Source of the DNA: an uncultured Nitrososphaeraceae archaeon
GTDB taxonomy: Archaea > Thermoproteota > Nitrososphaeria > Nitrososphaerales > Nitrososphaeraceae
DNA length: 64,000 bases
Assembly: GCA_963825865.1 (NCBI GenBank)
Contig: CAWGVG010000015.1
Location: forward strand, 32,001 to 96,000
Direction of reading: 5' to 3'
Shown here: in pieces, positions 44,631-55,687 of the stretch
How the letters are laid out: each line of letters starts with the position of its first letter
Position numbering within the stretch: position 1 is the stretch's first letter
Program-made: the position numbers and the translations under genes
The notes under the pieces: generated by a model
The model's input: the letters and a program-made list of their open reading frames with translations, nothing else
Told to the model about the DNA's origin: nothing
Database searches by the model: none

Positions 44631-44726
44631 GCCGTCGTAGCTCAGCCTGGGAGAGCACTCGACCCGATATGTTCGGGAGTGAAGCTGAAGACCGAGCTGT
44701 CGTGAGCTCAAATCTCACCGACGGCA
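44631..44726 (+). tRNA. tRNA-Phe(GAA) with a 22-nt intron at position 30/31 (44662-44683)
   Basis: Acceptor stem GCCGTCG/CGACGGC; spliced anticodon arm CTCGG-CTGAAGA-CCGAG; bulge-helix-bulge at the junctions. Confidence 0.93.
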
Positions 44727-44810
44727 CTTTTGAATTGTATTACAAAACAAAAATTGTTTACAATCAATTCAAACAATTGAAGACAAATTTAAAATAGAGA
44801 AATTTCTATT

Positions 44811-44987
44811 ATGATGATTATTATCAATATGGTTATGCAGGCCTTACAGCGGATATTTTGTGATCACTCCGAGTCATATTCTTTTAGAAGATACAATGAA
44901 TTTAATTTTGAGGAGTTTGATACATGTTCTAGATGTGGAAAGACTTTGAGACAACTAAGAGGTTTTGATGAGGATATTAGAGGCTAA
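44811..44987 (+). CDS. Small Zn-ribbon protein
   Basis: IFCDH...CSRCGK. Confidence 0.45.
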   Translation: MMIIINMVMQALQRIFCDHSESYSFRRYNEFNFEEFDTCSRCGKTLRQLRGFDEDIRG

Positions 44988-45189
44988 AGATATAATATGA
45001 TCCGTTAAGTCTTCAGATCCTAATTATTATCTGGTGGGTAGGAGCGGTAATTGCTACTATTGCTCTATTGACTCATCTATATGGACATTATCTCATAATC
45101 GGAATAGTTGGGTGGTCTATAATTATCATGACTACTACACTCATTGTCTATGAGATAAAGAAGATAAAAGAAGAAGATAAAAAGAAATC

Positions 45190-45461
45190 ATCGGCAGAAG
45201 ATAAGATTAAAATAATTTCCTTTCCACCTTGTTCTTCTATAACTACCAACGTCACAGTAGATGTTATTCCTGTATTTTTCTTATTTTACTTGTTATAGCA
45301 TGATTCAAACTCTCTGTGTTATCTGATTTTACTTTAACAAAGATGTCATGAACACCGTATGTTCCTCGTACCTCTTTTACCTCAGTTAATTTTGCAATCT
45401 CGCTTATAATATTCTCTTCTGATCCTAAAGTGCAGTTAACTAAAATATATGCAGTAGGCAT
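45190..45461 (-). CDS. Lrp/AsnC ligand-binding domain protein; indel near the 3' end, end approximate
   Basis: AYILVN...GTYGVHDIFVKV...KIRKI. Confidence 0.85.
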
Positions 45462-45512
45462 TATATCAGATGTAATAGTAGGTCAGTATTTTAGTCTTTA
45501 CTGTTGGAAGGT

Positions 45513-46030
45513 TCAGTAGAAACGATCAATATTATGATGAGGTTGGTTAATCTGTGCATGTTGTTTTCCGTTTTTGATTACGGTTATCACTGATTTTGCA
45601 CATCGAACTGCTTTATCAGAAGCAAGCAATTTATTATAACCAGATGGAAGGAAAGCAATAATCGCGTCGCCAACATACTTTAATACATAGCCTTCATAGC
45701 TCTGTACTATGTAAGACATATCATATGAAAATGCTCTAAATATGGTAACGGTAACCATTTTATCAACTGGCAAGTACATGCTCATGTTAGTTGAGCCAAC
45801 CAAACGGCATATATGATTACAAGAGGAATATTTGAATTGATGTGATTAAGGAGGAAGTTTTGGCCAGGTTTTAAACTCGACTCATACTGATACTGTCTTT
45901 ATAATGCTTTCCATAGTCTGGCTTGTGTCTGAGCTACAAGTGTTTCCGCATCAACCGCTACCATCAGAGCATTTTTAGAATGATCATCATTACCAACAAT
46001 CATACTTATTATCGATTCAGCATTTTTTCA
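45513..46030 (-). pseudogene. Truncated class III adenylate/guanylate cyclase-domain gene
   Basis: LVGSTNMS and KYVGDAIIAF present; upstream in-frame stop; second half of the domain missing. Confidence 0.65.
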
Positions 46031-46595
46031 TCATCCAATCTATTTTTCCTGTTTTCATGAAGAGTGTTTTCGTCGGTAATCCCCTCTATAAAGTGCAACT
46101 CATTGTCTATTTTTTATAGTCATTCGTATGATTAAAACATCGTTAACTGACGTCAAGGAACCTAATGTTACAATGAATATAAAATAAAATAATAGATAAA
46201 GTTGAGCATCCAAAAATTGAGTAAAAATATAATGCATACTTAAGGATTCCCCTGAAAAATCTCGTGGAAGATGGCTCTTTAGTTGTAATTATCTTTTCAT
46301 TTATGGAAATTTAGTTTTTATTACTTTGTGTTTCATTCCTAATATCCTTAGTGTCGGTGATATGTTTTGATTCCATTAATTTGTCATTATACATTTATTC
46401 ATTCCTTTCCCCCTTCTTGGCCGACTTATGGCACCTGTGAGGATTGTTTCTTCCTCTGCTGTGCCGTCAGTTATAATAGTACTTTGCTTGTTTTTGTGTT
46501 CGTCAAAAACTTCCTTTCCTAGCTATTTGCTTATTTCTTGAATGCAATATAAGCAACCAATATTTATCTAAGGCATAAGAGTAGAGAAGAAAATA

Positions 46596-47465
46596 ATGCG
46601 ATTACCACTTAAAGGGGATGATTATTTTACCAATAATATAAATTCTACTTTTGACAATGTTAAGGATAGACACTTTGAAGCGATAAAACCACAACTTATG
46701 ATGAAGAAAGTTAACGTAATGTTAGGAGATGGTACTGTTAGTCAATCTGATACTTTTGAACCACAGAAAGCTACAGCATTTTATCAACGATTAATTAACT
46801 TTCTCAATGACCAGGGATGGACTACAACAGGTGTCTCAAGATCAAACACTAGTGACTTACACCGTATGTATTGTCAGTTTACACAAGACGTGGGCAAATA
46901 TCATTTACACGGCTATTTTGGAATTCAATTTCATGCTTTGCCATATTACAGAGTGAACAAACGTGTTATTGAGATTCAAAAGGAGTTAGTGGAGGTTGCA
47001 AACAAAGCAACAAAAGCTTTCACTAGTATAGGTACCAGAGGCAATGATATAGTCCAGAAAGAATTAGAAAAAGTTGGCTGCGCCGACATGGGATTTGAAG
47101 AATTATTTACGAAATTATTTGAAGATAAGGAACTATTGGATGATCTAGAAGTAAAAGCACTGACAATAGAAAAGGAATTTCCAGAATACGAAGAAATGCA
47201 CAATAAAAAGATTCAGTTGTTTGCAGAATTAAATGATTTGGTAATTGAAACATACCAGACATCCTTAGTATCAATAGATTACAATAAATTAATGCAAGGA
47301 GAAGAGGGCATAGTCACATATTTTGATATTGAAATTATAAAAAATCAGAAAACAAAGAAAAGGGATTCTTATATCAATGCGGGAATAATAACAAAAGAGT
47401 TGACCAAGCAGATCATTAGCAAGATCAATGAAGTTGCAAAAATATTACAATATGGAGCAATATGA
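46596..47465 (+). CDS. Hypothetical protein
   Basis: 289-aa intact ORF. Confidence 0.75.
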   Translation: MRLPLKGDDYFTNNINSTFDNVKDRHFEAIKPQLMMKKVNVMLGDGTVSQSDTFEPQKATAFYQRLINFLNDQGWTTTGVSRSNTSDLHRMYCQFTQDVGKYHLHGYFGIQFHALPYYRVNKRVIEIQKELVEVANKATKAFTSIGTRGNDIVQKELEKVGCADMGFEELFTKLFEDKELLDDLEVKALTIEKEFPEYEEMHNKKIQLFAELNDLVIETYQTSLVSIDYNKLMQGEEGIVTYFDIEIIKNQKTKKRDSYINAGIITKELTKQIISKINEVAKILQYGAI

Positions 47466-47631
47466 AATACAAAGAATATATATATTCTATATGAATAATA
47501 AATTATTATACGAATTATTATTATAATAAAATTGCATGAGTAGCTCAACAATATCTTCACCTTATTAGCGTTTGTTGTTCTTGCATCTAAAAAACTCCAT
47601 AATTTAACACAAAATTATAATTAAGGCATGA

Positions 47632-48915
47632 ATGGGAATGCATTGTTTGATTCTGATGAATGACGAGAGTATGTGGAACACAGATAAAGCACAGAAATTT
47701 CCAACTATCCAAGATATAGTTAGAGCTAGAGAAATATTATACAAATCTATTAGAAAAACGCCATTACTTAGATCTAATACATTTTCTAAAATTATAGGAA
47801 CCAATATTTACCTAAAACTTGAATCTTTTCAAACAACAGGTTCATTCAAGGTTCGAGGAGCATTTGTTAAAATAAATATGTTATCGGTAGAACAGAGAAA
47901 ACATGGTGTTATTGCTGCATCTGCAGGCAACCACGCACAAGGAGTTGCATATGGAGCATCAAATAAAAACATTCCATGTACAATTGTAATGCCGCAGAAT
48001 GCGTCACCCGCTAAAATAGCGGCTACAAAATCATATGGAGCAAAAGTGGTTCTAAGTGGATCTGATTATGATGAATGTTCGATCGCAGCCCAGGAAATGG
48101 CAAAGGAAGAAGGTCGCGCAATCATTCATGCTTTTGATGATCCCCAGGTAATATCAGGACAGGGAACAATTGGGCTAGAACTGTTGGAAGATCTGCCAGA
48201 CCTTGACCAGATCTATATACCAATAGGAGGTGGAGGGCTTGCAGCAGGTGTTGCAATTGCAATCAAGGCAAAAAAACCCAACGTAAAGATTATTGGTGTA
48301 GAATCTAAGGCTTTTCCATCTATGAAACAATCTCTTGAAAAAGGCTCTTTACAGAATATAAAATCAGGATATACTATTGCAGATGGTATTTCAGTAAAAT
48401 CTCCTGGCAAACTGACATATGAAATAGCTAGCAGATATTTAGATGATGTAACGGTAGTCGATGATTCTTCAATAGTTAAAACCATGTTTTTACTTATGGA
48501 AAGGGGAAAACTAGTCATAGAACCGGCCGGAGCTGCGAGTCTTGCATATTTACTTTCAAATGGCCATGCAAATAAAAACGAAAATGTAGTATCAATACTT
48601 TCAGGCGGAAATGTTGATATGTATCTACTTGGTCAGGTTGTGGCAAAAGGCCTTATGCATATGGGTAGAATGCTCAAAATTTTTATCCAGCTACCAGATA
48701 AGCCAGGAGCATTGAAAACAGTAGTAGATGGTATTGCAGAGCTTAGTGTTAATATTGTCGAAGTTGAACACGATAGATTAAGTTCCAATATCTCTGCTGG
48801 AACTGCAGGTGTCTATCTAAGTCTTGAAATGGAAAATGAAAAACATGCCGAACGATTGATCGAGTTTCTAAAGAGAAAAGGAATACAATTTAGAGTAGTC
48901 AGTAGACCTAGTTAA
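47632..48915 (+). CDS. ilvA: Threonine ammonia-lyase with ACT domain
   Basis: GSFKVRGA, SAGNHAQG, GGGGL, SGGN, LPDKPG. Confidence 0.95.
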   Translation: MGMHCLILMNDESMWNTDKAQKFPTIQDIVRAREILYKSIRKTPLLRSNTFSKIIGTNIYLKLESFQTTGSFKVRGAFVKINMLSVEQRKHGVIAASAGNHAQGVAYGASNKNIPCTIVMPQNASPAKIAATKSYGAKVVLSGSDYDECSIAAQEMAKEEGRAIIHAFDDPQVISGQGTIGLELLEDLPDLDQIYIPIGGGGLAAGVAIAIKAKKPNVKIIGVESKAFPSMKQSLEKGSLQNIKSGYTIADGISVKSPGKLTYEIASRYLDDVTVVDDSSIVKTMFLLMERGKLVIEPAGAASLAYLLSNGHANKNENVVSILSGGNVDMYLLGQVVAKGLMHMGRMLKIFIQLPDKPGALKTVVDGIAELSVNIVEVEHDRLSSNISAGTAGVYLSLEMENEKHAERLIEFLKRKGIQFRVVSRPS

Positions 48916-49624
48916 TATAACTATTCTAACGTGCTGATACTATATAGTAATATTTGAATATGACGCTTTAATCCAATAGAAGGTATGATACTGGACCTGT
49001 TCTTTGGTAATAGACAATTATCTTTTCTATACAATAGAAGGATGAGGCCCAAAGAAAGATACAAGTTCATGGCAAGGTTACCAAGCAATTCAGACGACAG
49101 ACAAATTGGTGAAAACTATATACCAGATTACAATACAATAGTTGCCAAGAATATGAAACCTAAGAATATCAAAACTACAAATCTTAAGGGCGACGATCAC
49201 TATCCGCTTTGAAGAACAAAGGTACTAACCCTCTCCCTTGATATGCAATTACGGCTGATTTTGAGAGATAATCCAAAGCCGGAAACAGTGCCTCTAATTT
49301 TATAGATTGTTATATCTGGCATACAGCTGATGACATCGAATTAAACCGTGAATAAAAAAGATGTGATACGATAATAGTGTCTATATTTAAATTAATGCAG
49401 TCCCTTGCTTTTATTTTAGCTTTGTCTAGTATCTCAGAGCTTAGTGTTTGCCTAGGCTACGGCAACATCTCAATAAGACACAGGACTTCAGCAGATATTT
49501 TATTCATAAAAGATGGAAAACCACAAATTATATTTTCTAATGTCCGAAATGCTCAGCACATTGTTAAACTGGTTAAATCTATACGGAGACTGCAATTACA
49601 AGGACAACAACGGCAGTAGTAGTA

Positions 49625-49876
49625 GTGATGATAGCAAAGAAGTTGTTTATCGTTAAAAAATTAAACAGGAATTCCAATTGGGATTCTTTTAGCCTTTATG
49701 ACGAAAATGGATCGTTTCGTGGAGAGGCTCGATTTGAGACAAAACAGCAAGCTGAGGAATACATAAAGTTGTACAAAGACAGATTTAACAAACGCTTAAC
49801 CGCTGAAGGAAAAACCACAACTAGGCTAAAGCTGCAGGTATTTGAGATAGATAGTAATCACTCTCAGATACAATAG
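49625..49876 (+). CDS. Hypothetical protein
   Basis: 83-aa ORF. Confidence 0.5.
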   Translation: MMIAKKLFIVKKLNRNSNWDSFSLYDENGSFRGEARFETKQQAEEYIKLYKDRFNKRLTAEGKTTTRLKLQVFEIDSNHSQIQ

Positions 49877-49917
49877 TAGTAATAATACTTTCCGCAGCGT
49901 ATTCTTACGATGTGATA

Positions 49918-51324
49918 TTAGTTAGTGTATGTATATTCTCTAAATCCTTTTTTGTCAGAAGTAGTACCACCGATCTTTACTAGGATAAATTCCTTATTAG
50001 CATGTAAATGGGAATCATCAAAATTTCTTTTACTTTCATGCAGTTTCTCGTATTCTTCCATAGAGAGTTTTGTTCGAGATCCGATTTCTTCTTCAAGATT
50101 CATCCGCTTTACAATCTCTTTATATTCAGGTTGTATTACACCGCTAAATACCATGGCGCTGCTACCACTGCCATAAGATCCAAAGCCTATTCTCTTATTC
50201 TCAAGGTAAGTTCCCTTCTTGTATTCAAATTCGAGCAAGCTTCTAAATCCCATGTACATTGAAGCAGTATATAGATTCCCAATCATTGGAGATGCTTCAA
50301 GTGAACTTGCCAGCTTATTTTCAAAAACTTCATTGTAGAAAGAGGTCTGAATAAATGCTCGTCTGAATTTCTCATCAGCTTTTGTAAATTCAGTATCGGC
50401 AAGAATAGATTCTATCGTACCCCTAGGATCTTTTGGTACTGGCTCCTCCATTCCCACTTCTTTTATAATGTCTTTCCAGCGTGGAAGATGTCGCCATTCA
50501 TGTCTTAGCAAGTATGCTAACGCCTTTTCACCCATTTTTCTATAAGGAAGATGAACGCTGAATAAATCTATGTGATCCGTAATGGATTCGTCATCCTTTA
50601 GATTAATCAAACCAGTTCTAATAGCCTTTTCTTTATAACTATCAAATGCCTTTTTCACTTGAATTAAATATAATAGATTAGAATAGTTTCCGTTGACAAG
50701 AGGAGTTTCTTTTCCAAATGGTCTATAAAAGTCATACTCGTTCTTAATAATTGTAGACGCAACTTTTTGATCGAAAGCCAACAGTCTAGGATTTTCTTTA
50801 ATCAGCATCGCAACTGCACCAGCGCCTTGTGTATATTCACCTGATGAACCAATATCATATTTGGCAATATCACTTACAATAACAATAGCGGCTTTACCAT
50901 TATTTTCTTCTGCTCTAATCCAATTTGCGTTATCATAGAGTGCATAAGATCCGCTTACACATGCAAATTTACACTCAATTCCGCCAGCATGTTCAAAAGA
51001 ACTCTCACCATAGACTTGTTCTAACATTCCTATGACAAAAGAATTCATTGCCTTAGATTCGTCAAGGCCAGATTCAGTGGCCACATACATTCTTCCGATA
51101 TCTTGTGGGTGCAAATGGTTTATTTGCATTAATTTCAAACATGCATTTGCAGCCATACATGCTGGATCCTGGTTAGTGTCAACTAAAGCCATCTTTTTAA
51201 TTCCTATGCCAGATTCTAACTTTTGCGGAGCAATTCCTCTTGCTTCAGCAAAATCCTTATAGTCGATATAAAGTTTAGGGACATATATGGCTAGATTGTC
51301 AATCCCTACACGCATTTTACACAA
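49918..51324 (-). CDS. Hydroxymethylglutaryl-CoA synthase
   Basis: ATES..DESK, KFAC, TQGAGAVA, GNLYTAS, SYGSG. Confidence 0.93.
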   Translation of the reverse strand: MCKMRVGIDNLAIYVPKLYIDYKDFAEARGIAPQKLESGIGIKKMALVDTNQDPACMAANACLKLMQINHLHPQDIGRMYVATESGLDESKAMNSFVIGMLEQVYGESSFEHAGGIECKFACVSGSYALYDNANWIRAEENNGKAAIVIVSDIAKYDIGSSGEYTQGAGAVAMLIKENPRLLAFDQKVASTIIKNEYDFYRPFGKETPLVNGNYSNLLYLIQVKKAFDSYKEKAIRTGLINLKDDESITDHIDLFSVHLPYRKMGEKALAYLLRHEWRHLPRWKDIIKEVGMEEPVPKDPRGTIESILADTEFTKADEKFRRAFIQTSFYNEVFENKLASSLEASPMIGNLYTASMYMGFRSLLEFEYKKGTYLENKRIGFGSYGSGSSAMVFSGVIQPEYKEIVKRMNLEEEIGSRTKLSMEEYEKLHESKRNFDDSHLHANKEFILVKIGGTTSDKKGFREYTYTN

Positions 51325-51461
51325 CTATACATACAGCCATTTAAAGGTATTTCTGAATAGAATAGTTGACCCATGGAAATGTACAAATGCCTATCAATAA
51401 ATTATAAAACGGGACTTGTTAAATGAACTAATTTCTCATCTATTTTATTATTTTAATTATT

Positions 51462-52589
51462 TTAATAATACTTTATGGTCTGATATAAGTTATTTCTTTC
51501 CGCAGCTTTAAAGCCAGTCTGTTTAATAGGAGCTATAATTTTATGTGCTGTTAGCTCTGTAGATCTGGCACCTGTAGCGCTTACTACTTCTTCACCGATC
51601 AAAGTACCGCCAAAGTCATCGGCGCCAAAATTTAGTGCCAGCTGAGCCATACCGATTCCATTTGTTAGCCATGAGGACTGTAGATGATCGATTAAACCAT
51701 AATATATTATTCTCGCAATTGCTATCATTTTCAATAGTTGCAATCCTCCAGATGGATATTTTATTAATCCTTCAGATTGCATCTGAGTTTTATTCGGTTC
51801 AAAACTCCATGGAATAAAAGACATAAATCCCCTCGTTTTTTCTTGCAATTGTGCAATTTTCATAATATGTCGTGCTCGTTGTTCTTCACTTTCAACCGTG
51901 CCATACATCATTGTTGCCGAAGACTTTAGGCCAATCTCATGAGCGTATTCCATTATCCGCAGCCACTCGTGACTTTTGATCTTGAGAGGGCTGATCTCTG
52001 CTTTTACATCATCATCAAGAATTTCAGCTCCTGCACCAGGAAGAGAATCCAGTCCTGCTGCTTTTAACCTAGCGAGGACCTCTTTAATACTACTTTTCTC
52101 AATTCTTGCAATCATATCAATTTCAGATGCTGACAGACCATGAATCCCTACTTCAGGGCATTTGGCCTTTATTGCCTTAAAAGCTTCTTCATAATATTCC
52201 ATCTTTAAATTTGGATTGTGTCCCCCCTGAATTAATGCTTGGGTAATACCAAATAGTTCTCTAGATACTAATACACGTTGAACAATTTCCTTCAGAGATA
52301 ATGTATAACCTTCTTTATGTCCAGGCGGGCGGTAGAATGCGCAGAACTTGCAATAAGTAATACAAACGTTAGTATAGTTTAAGATAATGTTATTGACGAA
52401 TGTGGCAGTGTTTCCGTAGAGTCTTTGTCTTAATATACTTCCAACAAGTCCTATGGAGTAGGAATCGTCAGACTTGATAAGCCTTGTGCATTCGTCTAGC
52501 CCAAGACGTCGGCTGTTTAATGCACTATCTAAAATGTCACCAACATCAGATTTACTGATTAAGTCTTTTACCAAGAGGCTATTTTGCAA
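51462..52589 (-). CDS. mqnC: Cyclic dehypoxanthine futalosine synthase (radical SAM)
   Basis: NYTNVCITYCKFCAF, QGGHNP, PGAGAEIL, FIPWSF, GADDFG. Confidence 0.85.
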   Translation of the reverse strand: MQNSLLVKDLISKSDVGDILDSALNSRRLGLDECTRLIKSDDSYSIGLVGSILRQRLYGNTATFVNNIILNYTNVCITYCKFCAFYRPPGHKEGYTLSLKEIVQRVLVSRELFGITQALIQGGHNPNLKMEYYEEAFKAIKAKCPEVGIHGLSASEIDMIARIEKSSIKEVLARLKAAGLDSLPGAGAEILDDDVKAEISPLKIKSHEWLRIMEYAHEIGLKSSATMMYGTVESEEQRARHIMKIAQLQEKTRGFMSFIPWSFEPNKTQMQSEGLIKYPSGGLQLLKMIAIARIIYYGLIDHLQSSWLTNGIGMAQLALNFGADDFGGTLIGEEVVSATGARSTELTAHKIIAPIKQTGFKAAERNNLYQTIKYY

Positions 52590-52689
52590 TATTATATAAT
52601 TTTGAACTATTAATGCTATTTATTCTTTGCAACTTTAGAGGATCTGTTAACACATATTTTATATTAACTTCAATCGTAGATCCAATAAT

Positions 52690-53794
52690 TTGCTAAAAAA
52701 TATCTCTGGAGGAACACCAGCATTAGAAAAATCACTCGCAGGCGAGGAATTAACATATCGAGACGGAGTGCAGCTAATAAAAGAAGAGAACCTGTTTTTG
52801 TTAGGCGCTGTTGCTGATAAGATTCGTACAGGATCTTAGAGGAAAAACTGTTACCTTTGTTGTTTCTTATTATTTAAATTATACCAATGTGTGTGTTGCC
52901 AGTTGCCCATTGTGTGCATTCTATAGAAAGGGAAATGAATCTGATGCTTATACTTTAACTACTGAACAGATCTTAACCAGAGCCAGGATCGCAATAAAAC
53001 AAATGGTGGCAACTGAAATTCATATTGTTGGGGGATTTCATCCAAAACTAGGCCTTGATTATTATGAGGATATGATGAAAGCAATAAAGGCTGAGTTTCC
53101 CGACGTCACAATTAAAGCGTTCACTCCTGCAGAAATTTTCTTTATTGCCCGCTTGACTAAAAACTCAGTAAAAGAGGTCTTACTTAGGTTAAAGGGCGCT
53201 GGATTAAATGCTCTTCCTGGTGGTGGAGCTGAGATTTTCGAACCCAAGGCCAGAGATATAATTGTCAGGGGGAAATGTTCTGGTGAAGAGTGGCTTGATA
53301 CTGCTCGTCAGGCACATGATTTAGGATTGAAGAGTAATTGCACAATGCTTTTCGGTCATATCGAAAAACCTGAACACATTATAGATCATATCTTAAAGAT
53401 CAGGGAACTTCAGAAAAAAACAAAGGGCTTTACTACATTTATCCCATTAAAGTTTAGTCTAGACAATACAGAGTTAGAAAAGAAGGGTATGATTACTGGG
53501 GAGAGTCCATCAACATATGATTTGAGAATTATAGCAGTATCGAGATTATTACTAGCAAATATACTAAATAATATCTCGGTATACTGGGTTTCATTAGGTA
53601 AGAAATTGGCTCAGGTCTCATTATCATACGGGGGTAATGATATGGTTGGGACCGCATATTCAGAAGAAATATTCAAGGCTGCCGGTAAAAATACAGCAAC
53701 CTCTGTCGAAGAGCTAGCGAATTTAATAAAAGAAATTAAAAGAGAGCCTGCTCAAAGAGATACGTTCTTCAATATAATTAGAAAGTTTAACTAG
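52690..53794 (+). CDS. mqnE: Aminofutalosine synthase-like radical SAM protein; indel near 52830
   Basis: NYTNVCVASCPLCAF, HIVGGFHP, PGGGAEIF, TMLFGHIE. Confidence 0.8.
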
Positions 53795-54386
53795 GATCTT
53801 AATCTTCTTTTTTTATTAATTTAATCCACTGATCAACAGTTTTTAACATCTACTTTGTGACGCTAGGTTTTGTGATAGAAAAGATGACAAGATGATGCAG
53901 ACAACGACATATACCTTTCTTTTCTTCATACTCAACTTTAAATTTTCAATAGCCACTTCCATATTCCTCTAATAATGCTCTTGCATGTGCTTTGATTTAT
54001 CTATAATTCTGATTCGAAAAACTTTACTAATCCACTGTATTAGCACATTAAATTGGTAGCCTCGTTAAATATTTATTTCCACATTTTTCAGCAGTAGTAT
54101 TTAGAAGACATATCTTAGTGTCTAATAAAGTCCTTCGATAGGGAAGAAAAAAGACATCTGAGATACATCCAATGTTCAGTAAGTGGGCTCATCAACGGCA
54201 AAATATAGCTCTAATGATAAAAGCCAAAGCATTATCAGTACCTTTACAGGTATTATTGACGGAATAAATAATGGGGTATGAATAGCGAAAATGGAAGATG
54301 GAAGCAATCCGAGATTACAAAACTTAAGCAACTAATCCGCCTGATCTCCATGTTATCGGGCTCCTAATAGGTCGAAGTTCGCACAG

Positions 54387-55214
54387 CTAAGCGAAATTCA
54401 CCTGGGGAATTGATAGTATTTGTTTCTCCTTTGCCATTGCAAACATTTTCTTGATTGATTTTTCTCCTTCGAGGCCCATATCGATGGTTATATCATTTAC
54501 ATACATTTTTATAAATTTCGTCATCACATCTTTTGGTTGGCCTCTGCTGTATCTCATCGCATAATCAACTGCAGCATCGATATTTCTAAGACCGTATAAA
54601 ATTGAATTCTTAAAAAGGTTGTCTACTCGTCTGATCTGTCCCTGTGTCAATGATTTCCTACTCGCCACATTAATTCCTAATGGCACTGGCAGTCCATCTG
54701 TTTCGGCAGTCCACCAATCTCCCAAATCCAGAACATTGTAAAATTTTGATTTTTGATAGGTAATCTGTGTTTCATGAATCACTAAGCCTGCATCTACTTT
54801 ACCCGTTAGAACCGCGTTTGGAATCTGCTGAAAAGATATCTCTTTCTCTTTAAATTTTCCCAAGGCAAACTTTAATAATAAATTAGCAGATGTCATCTGA
54901 CCTGGAATCGCAATTGTACTCTTTCTTAATTCTGAAAGCGATAATTCCCTCTTCGAAATCACTATTGGTCCGTACTTTAAACCAAAGCTTCCACCACTAC
55001 GCAAAATTATATAATCTTTCAAATAAGCATAGGCATGAGCTGAAATTGCAGTAACGTCAAGTTCATGTCTTAAAGCGAGTTTGTTAAGAGTTTCAATATC
55101 TTCTATGACATGTTTGATTCTAAGGCTCGGACATTTTACTTTTCCAGATGCAATACCATAGAACATAAAAGCATCATCCGCATCCGGAGTATGGCCTAAA
55201 GTTATTTCCATCAT
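54387..55214 (-). CDS. mqnD: 1,4-dihydroxy-6-naphthoate synthase
   Basis: GHTPDADDAFMF, VIHE, DLGDWW, PVPLG, MYVN. Confidence 0.9.
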   Translation of the reverse strand: MMEITLGHTPDADDAFMFYGIASGKVKCPSLRIKHVIEDIETLNKLALRHELDVTAISAHAYAYLKDYIILRSGGSFGLKYGPIVISKRELSLSELRKSTIAIPGQMTSANLLLKFALGKFKEKEISFQQIPNAVLTGKVDAGLVIHETQITYQKSKFYNVLDLGDWWTAETDGLPVPLGINVASRKSLTQGQIRRVDNLFKNSILYGLRNIDAAVDYAMRYSRGQPKDVMTKFIKMYVNDITIDMGLEGEKSIKKMFAMAKEKQILSIPQVNFA

Positions 55215-55687
55215 GTTTATAACAAAAATTATAATCATAAATAAAGTTAAAATCACTAAACTCTTACGTGGTTTTAAAGCATTATTTAGCTGTAATTAAC
55301 TTTATAGTTGAGCAGCTACTGAAAAATATAGCATATCCAATCATCGAATGTTCGGACCAAGCAAGGATATAAAACCTGGTTTGATATTGTATTAGAAAGC
55401 TTCTAAAGTGGAGATATAGTGCCGATGTTAACCAATATATATCGAAAGACAACAGAGTCAACAGAACCTAAATAAGTGCATAGTAAGCTATAATATAGTC
55501 TGCTATGGTTTAATGGTCAATGGCCATTCTTAGATCATTCCTCCAAATTTATGAGTATAATATCATCATACCATCTTAATGTACTGCTCTTCTAAAACTT
55601 CAAGCCGTACAATAATACAATCTTCATTTTAAATGAAAGGCAAGGAACATTTAATAGTCCTCCAGCGAATTTTTTTCGCTTGAACAT

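Noticed and set aside
44631-44726. tRNA-Phe as the integration site of the island
   Set aside because: It lies 15 kb away beyond core genes, and I saw no duplicated tRNA fragment at either island end.
49200-49380. CTGATGA with nearby short stems as a possible ribozyme
   Set aside because: No GAAA follows the candidate stem II, and the other stems cannot be formed.
54151-54161. 11-nt match (AAGACATCTGA) to the crRNA 5' end of the array-2 spacer at 25696-25706, suggesting CreA-like regulation
   Set aside because: The match does not extend, lies between convergent gene ends rather than in a promoter, and one 11-mer hit among seven spacers in 64 kb is plausible by chance.
49918-55214. Futalosine menaquinone genes and HMG-CoA synthase as unusual for an archaeon
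   Set aside because: These are expected in Nitrososphaerota and are not novel.
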